From Nitrospirota bacterium (GTDB lineage Bacteria; Nitrospirota; Nitrospiria; Nitrospirales; Nitrospiraceae): a stretch of 46,599 nt of DNA. The position numbers were made by a program, and so were the translations under genes. The stretch lies in assembly GCA_963703955.1 (NCBI GenBank), contig CAVPGK010000019.1:1-46599 (forward strand), in the 5' to 3' direction. This document shows positions 9,654 to 19,061 of this stretch, in pieces. The notes under the pieces are model-generated. The model saw only the letters and a list, made by a program, of their open reading frames with translations. It was not told the origin of the DNA and ran no database searches. The first letter of the stretch is position 1; each line of letters begins with the position of its first letter.

Positions 9654-9986
9654 ATGATTACCCATCCTTCGGCCGCGTGTTTACTCGCCATTTCGACCTA
9701 CGTCGTTTTCTATGTTTTCTATGGCCTGTGGATCGACGTCCCAGACTTCGACAGGGAGGCCGACGGGGTGCTGTGGGGGCTGCTCTATGTCTGTTATGCG
9801 GTGGGCATCGGCCAGCTTGCCAGTCGCTCCACCCTGGCGGGCGCGATCCTAGCGACCTGCATTATCACCGTTCGTCTCGGGGGGTTCTGGCGTCTGCGGC
9901 AAATCAGGGAGGCCTCCGACGGACACATTCTCACACCTTATGAAGAAGGCGGACGATTCTTCGTTCTCGTGACCTTCTTGTTCTAA
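9654..9986 (+). CDS. Hypothetical membrane protein, possibly a fragment
   Basis: Three hydrophobic stretches; no family recognised. Confidence 0.4.
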   Translation: MITHPSAACLLAISTYVVFYVFYGLWIDVPDFDREADGVLWGLLYVCYAVGIGQLASRSTLAGAILATCIITVRLGGFWRLRQIREASDGHILTPYEEGGRFFVLVTFLF

Positions 9987-10248
9987 TTCCCTGTAGCCAC
10001 ACATTGGATCCTTCGGATCCTTCGGAAGCGAATCTCAGGCTGACGGCCTTCGACGTCGTAACTCTTTTTCCGCATCGTCGAGGAGCCCTCTCAAGGTCCA
10101 GCACCACGGCATCACGGGGACAGAACTGCTTTACAAAGATTATCTAAATCCGGTTTTTTGCGATGCGGGGGTTAGCCTTCGTCCATTCTTTTGTCTACAC
10201 CGCGTCTACATTCCCCTCAGCCCCTTCCGCGTCAATTCATAACCCTTG

Positions 10249-10300
10249 GAAAAATGGTGGGCCGTGCAGGGATCGAACCTGCGGCCCGCTGATTAAGAGT
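10249..10300 (-). repeat. att site: 52-bp duplicate of tRNA-Lys 3' part plus 6 flanking bases
   Basis: Identical to 15811-15862. Confidence 0.95.
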
Positions 10301-10402
10301 GAACTGCCGGGGATGGCCGAAATACTAGTAAATATTGGCCATCCCCTTACTCTTCAAGCAAATAAAGCGATGGCTTGTCTTCCTCTATTTGCCTGATTCT
10401 GT

Positions 10403-10563
10403 CCCTCCTTTCCTTAATTTGCCTCTCTCGCTAACACCGTATTAACACTACCCGGTGGCACCCTTGTTTTGTTAGCAAGGTGGTCGGCTGGTACCGGTAG
10501 GGTACAGAGGCATACAGTGTCACAGCAAAGGCATGAAGGGAAATTTTTTGGAAATTAGAAAAG
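10403..10563. repeat. Dispersed non-coding repeat, copy B
   Basis: Longest copy, about 100 bp inside the att duplicate. Confidence 0.9.
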
Positions 10564-11197
10564 CCTTTTCATCTGGACGGTAGTCATAAGACCGAAGTCG
10601 TATTGTAGAACCAAATAAACCGAATGCCTATGGTCCGGGCATTCATGCACATGCCACAGGCTGGCCCGATCAAGTGTGAAGATCACGGACATACCCGCTA
10701 TTGGGAGCGTGAGGTGCTCTATGCAAGCGGCACGAGAGAAAGCGCATGGCGCATCACCCGAAGTCGCGTTTAGCCCCGGCAGTAGGATTCTTGCATACGC
10801 CGAGTATGAAGATAGGACGGTTGTTGTGGCACCTTGACACGCGAGAGGTCGTGGTATTGGAGCCTATGGGGGGTCGTAACATCCGTGGCAGGAAAAGCCT
10901 TGACCAGCCTTGCTCTCCCGTGACATGGTGTGTTCTCATGTTGAGTAGTATAAAACACTTACTTGTCATCAAAAGCTCGGGCAGGGCAGCTCAGGTGACC
11001 TCCTGTCCCTTCTGTCCTTCGCGCTTACTCTTTGTGCGCCACCGCGTCGTCCAACTTCGGCTATCCACGTTTTTCAACCATGCAGGCACACGATTGAGGT
11101 ACGGGGCTTGTTACATCTTCAATGCTCGAAGTGGTAGTGGGGTCAATAAGGACAGGCTTCTAAACCAACTTTGGGATAGAGCCCATAGGATTAGGAC

Positions 11198-13118
11198 ATG
11201 TCTAAACGAGTACTGATCAGGATTACGTTCGCCGTTGCAGTCGTTACGTTTATTATTACCATATCCATCCTCGCAGTCGCACAATTTGGCCCCCTGCCGG
11301 TCTGGGTCTATAAGAATGAACCTCTGGAGCCCGAATTACCAGCGGGCAAGGTACTGCCAAGTCCCAATTCCCCTACTCCGCCTCACGTCAAACGAGCACA
11401 ACTGAAAAACTGGCATGCGGAAATTACAGCTCAAGACAAGCCCAGAGCCTTCATTGGCATCGCGATTTCTGGAGGAGGCAGTCGCGCGGCCACTTTTGGC
11501 TTAGCAACATTACGTGAATTAGACAGACTTGGCATCTTGGACCACACGTCCGCAATATCTTCTGTCTCAGGAGGATCATTACCAGCTGCCTACTACGCTC
11601 TGTTTCGGCCGTCTTCTGAGGCTGACTGGGACGCAGCTCAGAAGACCTTTTAGTGCCAATTTCTTCCGAATCTGGTTCTGGCGCCTGTTCTTGCCTCATA
11701 ACGTTCTTCGCAGAGTTTATACAGCGTATGATCGGACGGACGTACTTGCTTCTGTCTTCGACGACACAGTATTTCATGGAAAGACCTTCGCCGATCTGAA
11801 AGACGTAGGTCCTCGGCTTTATCTCAACGCCACCGATCTTATTCTAGGAACAGGCTGGCGAAAGAGTTTTACTTTTCTTCAGACGACACCTTCCGTGGAC
11901 TGGAATCGCGACTCGATACGTTTCCAATCGCCGATGCAGTCGCCGCGTCAGGGGCGTTTCCTTTCATATTTAACAATGTAACTCTCCGAGACTACCGTCC
12001 TAAATCGTCCGTTTTCGTTGAAGTAGCATTCTGGATTCACCGGCCCTCACCACGAAATTGCTTGACGGAGGCGACGCACTCTCTTCACATCTTCGGTCGC
12101 TCAGCACGCCGAAGTATCTTTATAGGCTGGAAGGTTTTCGCGGGGCAGGCGGAGAGAAAAGATTCCTTGCTGCGGTCCTAAATGATCTCGTAGATAGGCC
12201 AACGTTCCAAACAAAAGGTACCGAAAAAGCACTGTACGACAGGAAAGCTTTTGCATCAGTTGCTCTTTCGAAAGAAGTAAGAACTTTAATGGAGGAGAAC
12301 CAGCCAACAAACGGGCAAGAAAATCCGATTTCTCTTCCTACACTGAATCGCCTGCTGCTCGCGAACGCATACTCAGAAGAACTAAGGAAGGCACCGCGGA
12401 AACAATATGTACATGTCTTCGATGGTGGGCCATCGGATAACTTAGGAATAGAATCTCTCAAAACCGCTACTTATCAGTATATATATGAAGCGGAAAGGTA
12501 CTATGGAGCTAAGCGAGAGGAACTCCCGTGCTTATTTATCAGTATTGATGCTCACGTCGACCCGCAACTTGCCACTAAGATTGAACGATTTCAAACCGAC
12601 ACGAGAAGACATTTTTCTTTCGGCTTCGACCCAAATGCGATTGCGGCGACGGATATGTTACTCACATTACGACGAGTCGATGTACTTCGCGAGGTAAAGA
12701 TATACAGTGGATAAATCCAGTAACGGATTTCAAACTCGTGCCGCCACTCTGGGTCGATGGCCCAACATGTACGCTATGGCATATCAGTTTTGACCGACTA
12801 TCGTCGCTATGGACTGATTTACGATCGAATGGAAAATTTACGCTTAGAAATTATCATCATAAACTGGAAGCTATCATTTCCCGAATGCAGACGCATTATA
12901 AGTTGGTCGGGCCTAAGAAGTGCAGTTCTGAACAATTGCAAGCGTATCTTTTGGACGCTGCCCATATCTTAGTTCATGACGATCCGGATGGTTTAGAACG
13001 CATAGCGAATTGGTTTAGACACATTGGCATTGAACTCAAACCGTCACCTTACAAGACTCCACTGAAGAATGAGGTAAAGACCATCTCCAGTGGAGAAAAG
13101 ATGGAATGCGTTGGTTGA
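11198..13118 (+). CDS. Patatin-like phospholipase with N-terminal anchor; about 3 frameshifts (~11650, ~11875, ~12705)
   Basis: ISGGGSRAA oxyanion motif, SSVSGGS nucleophile, AVAASGAFP, HVFDGG; first two breaks at T runs, so pseudogene or sequencing error. Confidence 0.8.
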
Positions 13119-13167
13119 TTTGCCCCAGGCGCACCGTTCCGAGCTGTATGTTTTCATGCATACTGGG

Positions 13168-13275
13168 GGCACCCTTGTTTTGCGTGAAAGGTGGTCGGCA
13201 GGCACAGGTAGGGTACAGAGATAGACAGTGTCACGGTAAAGGCATGATGAAAAATTTTTGCGGAATCAAAAAAAG
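13168..13275. repeat. Dispersed non-coding repeat, copy C (lacks TAACAC part)
   Basis: ggcacccttgttt-N8-aggtggtcggcaggcacaggtagggtacagag...cagtgtcac..aaaggcatga. Confidence 0.9.
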
Positions 13276-13475
13276 ATAACTGGCACTTGTGACTTGCGGT
13301 TTGTTAGTTTACTGCTGTTATTAATCAACAAGCGAGGTCATTCGACGCCTGCATTTTCACTAAGTCGCCAGAACCCAACACAAGCGCCACAGGAAGGATA
13401 TCGCCTCCTACTCCGCTAGCTACTTTCACCACCTTATCGAGGGTAAAGAGATCCGAACTGAATTGAGAACCTTTC

Positions 13476-14198
13476 CTAACCCATCAGCAACTTTTCTAGC
13501 TTCGATTGTTTCGGCCCTGGCCCCTGTCGAATATCATTCAGTCCATTATTCAAGTGGCGTACGAACTCATGATTCGGGCCAGGAGTGTACAAGTTGTCTT
13601 TTATGGCGTGAAACAACTTGTACCCTTCACCTGTCTCACCAAACGCCGTCTTGATCTCGCCATCAAGTTGATTCCAGTAAGCAAGTTCGAATCTCGTTGG
13701 AGGGACCGAAACACCCGTTTTCCGTCGCAAAGCCATGCTCCCAACATTTCGTTAGTTCACGTATGAGCAATTTTCCGCCCGTACAGACAATATAGGCTTT
13801 TGGTACCCCACCACTCTCGACCGCGCAAGACAAGGCGATCTGCTGCTCGGGAGTCAGATCCTTTGCAAGGCCGCAGACTGCCGCACTAGCAAAATTTCCC
13901 TTTCCCTCCCGTTATGCAACCAAGGTAATACTGCTCTTGAGGTCCGGAGCTCCTTCCCCATACACATCAGGGCCGAAGAATTTGAGCTATTCGTTAAACA
14001 TTTCCTTGCATTTTGCAGTTTCTTGAAATCCTCTTTTAACTTCTGACCCCCTGTTGCACAAACCACCCCAGCTAGCCGATCATTCGGATTATCATTAATA
14101 CATTTCTCCGCGTCTCTCAGCTTCCTAAATCCCTCACTTAAGCTCTTATCCCCTGTAGTGCAGATCCACGCTACCCCGTAATCCTCCGGACTCTCATC
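13476..14198 (-). pseudogene. Cys-rich hypothetical protein, 5'-truncated by IS3 and frameshifted
   Basis: Joined frames give AWICTTG...VVCATGG...LMCMG...LSCAVESGGVPKAYIVCTGG...KCWEHG...GCFGPSNEIR...GPNHEF. Confidence 0.6.
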
Positions 14199-14228
14199 TG
14201 GGCTGCTGCCGGTGTGGTTGACACCCGC

Positions 14229-15095
14229 TTACGCTACTCCGGCCTTCATTTCGAACTCCATCGGGCTGAGATACCCGAGCGTGGAGTGCCGCCGCGTCGG
14301 ATTGTAGAAACGTTCGATGTAATCGAACACGTCGGCCCTAGCCTGGGCTCGCGTGCGGTATGTCTTAGCTGCCGTGCGTTCGGTTTTTAGTGAGGAGAAG
14401 AAGCTCTCCATTGCCGCATTGTCCCAGACGTTGCCGGCCCGGCTCATGCTACAGGTGACGCCGTGGTCGGCCAAGAGCCGCTGGAAAGGCTCACTCGTGT
14501 ACTGGCTGCCTCGATCAGAGTGATGCAGCCCGGTCTCGGGCTTCCCCCGCCGCCAGAGCGCCATCACGAGCGCATCGGTGACGAGTTGCGCGGTCATTGT
14601 CGCACTCATGGACCAGCCGACCACCCGTCGCGAAAAGAGATCGATGACCGCGGCGACGTAGAGCCAGCCTTCGGCGGTCCAGATATAGGTGAAGTCCGCA
14701 ACCCATTTGCGATTCGCAGACGAGGCGTCGAAGGACCGGTTGAGCACATTCGGGGCCAGGGCGTTCGTCGAGTGCACGCCCGTGTCGAGCGGTACCCGTC
14801 GCCGCCTAGGACGTGCTCGTAAGGCCGCTTGTCGCATCAGCCGCTCAATCCGATGGAGGCCGCAGGCGATTCCCTCCGCGAGCAGGTCGTGCCAGACACG
14901 CCGAGCCCCGTACGTGCGATCGCTGGTGAGGAAGCTGGTCCGCACTCTGGCCAGTAGCTGCTCATCGGCCCGCGCCCGTCCACTCAGCGGCCGGGTCAGC
15001 CAGACATAAAACCCTCCCCGCGAGACACCGAGCGCCTCGCATAACCAACCGGTCGGCCAGATCCCCCGGTGCTTCGCGATGAAGGCGAACTTCAC
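14229..15095 (-). CDS. IS3 transposase OrfB (DDE)
   Basis: WVADFTY, HHSDRGSQY, DNAAMESFF. Confidence 0.95.
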   Translation of the reverse strand: MKFAFIAKHRGIWPTGWLCEALGVSRGGFYVWLTRPLSGRARADEQLLARVRTSFLTSDRTYGARRVWHDLLAEGIACGLHRIERLMRQAALRARPRRRRVPLDTGVHSTNALAPNVLNRSFDASSANRKWVADFTYIWTAEGWLYVAAVIDLFSRRVVGWSMSATMTAQLVTDALVMALWRRGKPETGLHHSDRGSQYTSEPFQRLLADHGVTCSMSRAGNVWDNAAMESFFSSLKTERTAAKTYRTRAQARADVFDYIERFYNPTRRHSTLGYLSPMEFEMKAGVA

Positions 15096-15382
15096 AGTGA
15101 CTCCTTCGCAAAGTAGGCCGCGGCTTTTTTTAAGATGTCCCGCTCCGCCTTCAGTTTCAGAACTTCACGGCGGAGCCGCGCGAGCTCCTCCTGCTCGGGT
15201 TTCATCTGTCCTTGGCCCGGAAAGGCCTGCTGCAGATCGGCTGCATACTCCTGCACCCAGCGCCTCAACACCGTGCTATGCACGCCCAAATCGCGTGCGG
15301 CTTGCGCCACCGTCACTCCGCGTTCCCTAATCAGCTTGACGGCCTCAACTTTGAACTCCCGCGTAAACTTCCGTCGCTCCAT
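15092..15382 (-). CDS. IS3 transposase OrfA
   Basis: RRKFTREFKVEAV...ERDILKKAAAYFAKE. Confidence 0.95.
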   Translation of the reverse strand: MERRKFTREFKVEAVKLIRERGVTVAQAARDLGVHSTVLRRWVQEYAADLQQAFPGQGQMKPEQEELARLRREVLKLKAERDILKKAAAYFAKESL

Positions 15383-15443
15383 GGCTCACCTCCGGTTTCA
15401 TCCATACACCTAACTCGGTGTCTTTGAAACCGGCAGCAGCCCA

Positions 15444-15812
15444 GTGAGAGCCATGCTTTTGGACCTGTCCAAGGTGCGGCGGATTGGTACCAAGCAAGTA
15501 TTTCTTTACCAGGGCGAGCCGATTAAGGGGATCAAACGGGCGTTTCACACAGCCCTAAGGAATGCTGGGATAGTCGATCTCCGCTTCCATGACCTGCGGC
15601 ACTGTGCTGCAACGAACTTGAGGCGTGCTGGTGTCGATACAGTGACGGCTATGCGGATTGTAGGACACAAGTCGGAGAAGATGCATCGCCGGTACAATTC
15701 GGTATCGGAAGCTGACCTAACCGTGGCGGCAGCGAGGCTCAATACCTATCTTTCTAACACCCTAATAACACCTGCCAGTTCTCCGCAATCCTCCGCCCAC
15801 GCAAGTGCTTGA
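15444..15812 (+). pseudogene. Tyrosine integrase C-terminal remnant
   Basis: RFHDLRH, VGH, RRY catalytic motifs; begins directly at the IS3 end; convergent with tRNA-Lys. Confidence 0.9.
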
Positions 15813-15816
15813 AAAA

Positions 15817-15892
15817 TGGTGGGCCGTGCAGGGATCGAACCTGCGGCCCGCTGATTAAGAGTCAGCTGCTCTACCAGCTGAGCTAACGGCCC
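15817..15892 (-). tRNA. tRNA-Lys(CTT)
   Basis: GGGCCGTTAGCTCAG...CTCTTAA...GTTCGATCCC...CGGCCCACCA. Confidence 0.97.
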
Positions 15893-15945
15893 ACCGAGTC
15901 TGAATGAGAGTCACGTTTAGAGGCGAGATCGACTTCTCAGGTCAA

Positions 15946-16021
15946 TGGTGCGCCTGACAGGATTTGAACCTGTGGCCCCTAGCTCCGGAGGCTAGTGCTC
16001 TATCCGCTGAGCTACAGGCGC
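15946..16021 (-). tRNA. tRNA-Arg(CCG)
   Basis: GCGCCTGTAGCTCAG...CTCCGGA...GTTCAAATCC...CAGGCGCACCA. Confidence 0.97.
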
Positions 16022-16074
16022 ATCATCCGTCCGGCAAAACGATGAACACCTTATCATAGCGCTTCCGTCTCTGT

Positions 16075-16719
16075 CTAGGATTCCGCCTGATCGAGGGAAC
16101 GATGGACAGGCGCGCCAGAAAGAAACCCATACGGTAAGAGCATTTCTTCCCCGGCCATCTTCTCTCGCCGGCGACGCGAGGCAATCGCCGCTGACTCCAA
16201 AGCGCCCAAGCGGTCTTCTTCCATACGTGGGCTACGAGACAGGGGGATGATCGGCACGGCGGTCTGCACTTCGCAGGCGCCGTGTACCCGACCACCCGTT
16301 TGGACCGGAAGCCCCATGGTGCGACACGTCACCGGCCGAAACCGATAGACCAGGCAACTACCATCCGAATCCAATGCGGGACACGGGAGATCGGCGAATC
16401 GACTGACCAGCCTATCGACGTCGGGGTCAGGCCAGTCATCAAGGAAAGCAGACTTGGCGAGGCGGGGAAATTCCTGCTCGATGGTCGCGGTTTGGCGCTT
16501 CGCTCGCTCGTTGATCTCGTACCGGGTCATCCGATCCAGCTCGGCCAGCCCCTTCTGTAACAGGGCGCAGTCTATGATGGTGATGGCGAACGGACCGATG
16601 CAGCAACGGTCGCTCCCGCGGTGACACGGCACTTGACCCAAGAGGGCTGCCCGGCTTCGATCAAACCAGCGTTCGGCTTGGTCGAACAGGCGTCTCTGCT
16701 CCTCGTGGGGATGGGCCAT
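16075..16719 (-). CDS. YkgJ-like cysteine-cluster protein
   Basis: CHRGSDRCC, CPAL..DGSCLVY..RPVTCR. Confidence 0.8.
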   Translation of the reverse strand: MAHPHEEQRRLFDQAERWFDRSRAALLGQVPCHRGSDRCCIGPFAITIIDCALLQKGLAELDRMTRYEINERAKRQTATIEQEFPRLAKSAFLDDWPDPDVDRLVSRFADLPCPALDSDGSCLVYRFRPVTCRTMGLPVQTGGRVHGACEVQTAVPIIPLSRSPRMEEDRLGALESAAIASRRRREKMAGEEMLLPYGFLSGAPVHRSLDQAES

Positions 16720-16731
16720 GGGACACGCCGG

Positions 16732-17301
16732 TCAAACGGTGTCTATCTCGGAGTCGATTTCTCCCATCTCGACAACGAGGTCGCCTTTCGGTGAGAAGAA
16801 GCCTTGACCATCCACCTGGACGACGCCGTTACAGTTTTCCTGGAAGAATTCAAGGATCCACCCATTAAAGTCATAGCCTTCCTCGGTGATATCAGCTTGA
16901 ACGAGGCGAGTGGTCGCAATGAATCTGGCCTTGGACACATACTCGCGGACGAGTTGGGCTTCGATGTCATCATGCACGGACAAGCGTTCGAGAAAATCGG
17001 CCTTCTCCTTTTCATACACATCCTGGTAGCTTCCGTGATCGCGCACACACATGAGCTGTACCGGCTTTCGCTCACGATGATAACCAAGCGAGACCTGCAC
17101 CCACGCCCATTCGTCTAAGGCGGCCGGATCCATTTTGGGGATGAGCGGGATTTGTCCACGGGACTTCAGAAAATCCAGCAACAAGCGCAGTGGCGGCGAA
17201 TTCTCACGGGTGCAAAAGACACGCGAGTACAGGAATGCCTCCTGATCGCCGGGTTGTTCCCCTTGGGAGGGAGTGGGAAGAATCGGAAGCTCTTTACCCA
17301 T
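16732..17301 (-). CDS. Hypothetical protein
   Basis: 189-aa ORF, GAGGA SD, co-oriented with YkgJ-like gene. Confidence 0.75.
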   Translation of the reverse strand: MGKELPILPTPSQGEQPGDQEAFLYSRVFCTRENSPPLRLLLDFLKSRGQIPLIPKMDPAALDEWAWVQVSLGYHRERKPVQLMCVRDHGSYQDVYEKEKADFLERLSVHDDIEAQLVREYVSKARFIATTRLVQADITEEGYDFNGWILEFFQENCNGVVQVDGQGFFSPKGDLVVEMGEIDSEIDTV

Positions 17302-17423
17302 GCGGATTCCTCTTAGAGGTCCAATCGTGTTTCACATCTACGGCTTACTCTACTCTCTTCTGTCGTTCTCGTTCAAGATTCTATGAAGCACGCGATTCTC
17401 CACGTCAGGCTTGCTTTTTGTGG

Positions 17424-17452
17424 TTGACAGGGTAGGACACTTTCGTTACACT
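17424..17452 (+). promoter_or_regulatory. sigma70-type promoter of HU gene
   Basis: TTGACA-17 bp-TACACT. Confidence 0.65.
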
Positions 17453-17564
17453 CGCGTCCGGCTTTTGGCGATTGTGCTCGGTTTCAGCCGCGCCGTTGCG
17501 TAAGTCTAGTTCGTCCTCAGGTCAAAATCCGGCAATTCACCTTAATTGTGTTGAGGAGGTTCCG

Positions 17565-17852
17565 ATGGCAAAAACAATGACAAAGTCTCAGATCGCCGAT
17601 CATCTGGCGGGAAAAGCTGGTATCACGAAGAAGACGGCGGCCCAACTGTTGGACGATCTCGCCGCGCTCGCGCACAAGGAAGCGAAGAATACCTTTGTGG
17701 TTCCAGGTGTTGGCAAGTTGGTCTTGGCAAACCGGAAGGCGCGCATGGGCCGCAATCCTCAGACTGGAGAAGCCATCAAGATTCCGGCCAAGCGCGTGGT
17801 CAAGTTCCGCGTTGCGAAGGCGGCTAAGGACGCCATCCTCGGCAAGCGGTAA
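17565..17852 (+). CDS. hup: HU family DNA-binding protein
   Basis: MTKSQI, GVGKL, RKARMGRNPQTGEAIKIPAKRVVKF; GAGGAGG SD. Confidence 0.95.
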   Translation: MAKTMTKSQIADHLAGKAGITKKTAAQLLDDLAALAHKEAKNTFVVPGVGKLVLANRKARMGRNPQTGEAIKIPAKRVVKFRVAKAAKDAILGKR

Positions 17853-17912
17853 TCTCAATCCCTTCCCGTCGATTGTTTCACCCAACAGGGCCTCATCCAT
17901 TTACCGTTGGCG

Positions 17913-17945
17913 CAAGGGCCGGCTCTTTCCTGGAGCCGGCTCTTG
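17913..17945. terminator. Hairpin between convergent hup and ThiS-like genes
   Basis: caagggccggctc-tttcctg-gagccggctcttg. Confidence 0.6.
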
Positions 17946-17980
17946 CCCCCGGTCCTTGCGCCATGGGGACAATCCTGAAT

Positions 17981-18253
17981 TTACAGCGACGGGGCCAAGC
18001 CGGTACCCCCCATGCCGTCGTGGGCCACGAGTTTAATGTTGTCCCCGTCCTGAACGCGCGTGTCTTCGCTGGCAATCCGCTTGTTGACGGTGACCAAAAC
18101 CTTCTTTTCCCTCATGAGCTGAAGCACGGGTTTCAGAGCCTCACCTTGCCGTTGTATCAATTGGCGCACGGTCATAGGTCCGACGAGATCGCACGCGAAG
18201 TCTCGTTCGCCGTCGGTGGTCTGAAGCTGCCCCATCAGGGTGATGGTGACCAT
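17981..18253 (-). CDS. ThiS/MoaD-like ubiquitin-fold protein with extension after GG
   Basis: VTVNKR...EDTRVQDGDNIKLV...MGG followed by TGLAPSL. Confidence 0.8.
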   Translation of the reverse strand: MVTITLMGQLQTTDGERDFACDLVGPMTVRQLIQRQGEALKPVLQLMREKKVLVTVNKRIASEDTRVQDGDNIKLVAHDGMGGTGLAPSL

Positions 18254-18327
18254 ACTGTGGTCTTTCCCTTCTTTGTAGGATGGGTCCCTCTGGTTGACTC
18301 CACCTATGGAGTCTGCTACGACAGGCT

Positions 18328-18729
18328 ATGCAAGCCCTTGATATCTACCGTCCCAACATGCCCGATCTTCAGTTCGTTCTGATGGTGGTGGCGCTCTGCA
18401 CGTCGGACCTCAGCTCGCTGAATGTGCCGCCGGAGTTGCGGGCGAAAATCTTCGACCGGTGTTGGGCCCTGACTCATGATGGGCCACCCCCCACGAAGGC
18501 GGAGGACCGGGTGCTGGATTTGCGTGGCGGAACCGAGGTAACCCTTGAGGCCATGATCGAAACCATCCGAAGCCTGCTGGCCGAAGCCGGTATCTCCACC
18601 CTTTATTGGGATCATCCTCCCAGTGAGCCGATGCGGACCAGCACTCCGGAAGCCCTGCCGCTTATCGAACGGCTTCAGAAACTCTATCCGGCTTCGTCCG
18701 ACCTTGGCGACGAAGAGAAGCCCACGTAA
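18328..18729 (+). CDS. Hypothetical protein
   Basis: 133-aa ORF filling the gap between neighbours. Confidence 0.65.
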   Translation: MQALDIYRPNMPDLQFVLMVVALCTSDLSSLNVPPELRAKIFDRCWALTHDGPPPTKAEDRVLDLRGGTEVTLEAMIETIRSLLAEAGISTLYWDHPPSEPMRTSTPEALPLIERLQKLYPASSDLGDEEKPT

Positions 18730-18747
18730 TTGGAGTCTCCGTAGGTC

Positions 18748-18984
18748 TCAGGTCTCTCCGTAGATCTCAAAGAACGCGTCAACGCTCTCCAGCAACTGGG
18801 CTTTGATCTCAGCCTCCGTTCCATGAATGAGATGCAGAGCCATCGTCGCTTGCGATCCATCAGGGAGGGTCACGGGCACATGGGGATGTCCCCGGTCAGG
18901 AGAGGTGCCCTTATCCAGTCGCATCCCATAGCAGAGGGTGTATTGAGGTTTGACGAGCTTGAGATATCGTTTCCGACCCGGCAT
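18748..18984 (-). CDS. Hypothetical protein (78 aa)
   Basis: AAGGAG SD before MPGRKRYLKLVKPQY. Confidence 0.65.
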   Translation of the reverse strand: MPGRKRYLKLVKPQYTLCYGMRLDKGTSPDRGHPHVPVTLPDGSQATMALHLIHGTEAEIKAQLLESVDAFFEIYGET

Positions 18985-19061
18985 AGACACTCCTTGATCG
19001 TTCCCCACGGTCGCCTTCAGAGGGCGGGTATCATGGGTCTGATGTCCGTCGGCCCAACGGC

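Larger units (their letters stand above)
14199..15443 (-). mobile_element. IS3-family element, apparently intact
   Basis: IRs TGGGCTGCTGCCGGT at both ends; orfA/orfB; A7G slippery site near 15124-15131; no target duplication. Confidence 0.95.
10249..15862. mobile_element. Decayed genomic island integrated at tRNA-Lys(CTT)
   Basis: Flanking 52-bp direct repeats, integrase remnant beside tRNA, cargo visibly more AT-rich than core genes. Confidence 0.9.

Noticed and set aside
10082..10096. 15-bp match (GGAGCCCTCTCAAGG) to the tRNA-Glu anticodon arm at 39841
   Set aside because: No extension into the T-arm or 3' end; a 15-mer match is expected by chance in 46 kb
10746..11216. 156-aa ORF upstream of patatin
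   Set aside because: No motif, no SD, composition not protein-like
8757..13118. TIR plus patatin as one CBASS- or Thoeris-like system
   Set aside because: Opposite strands, separated by the att boundary, no cyclase or ThsA-like gene
6986..13275. The three repeats read as a CRISPR array
   Set aside because: Spacing is about 2.7-3.4 kb, repeats are long and diverged, and there are no cas genes
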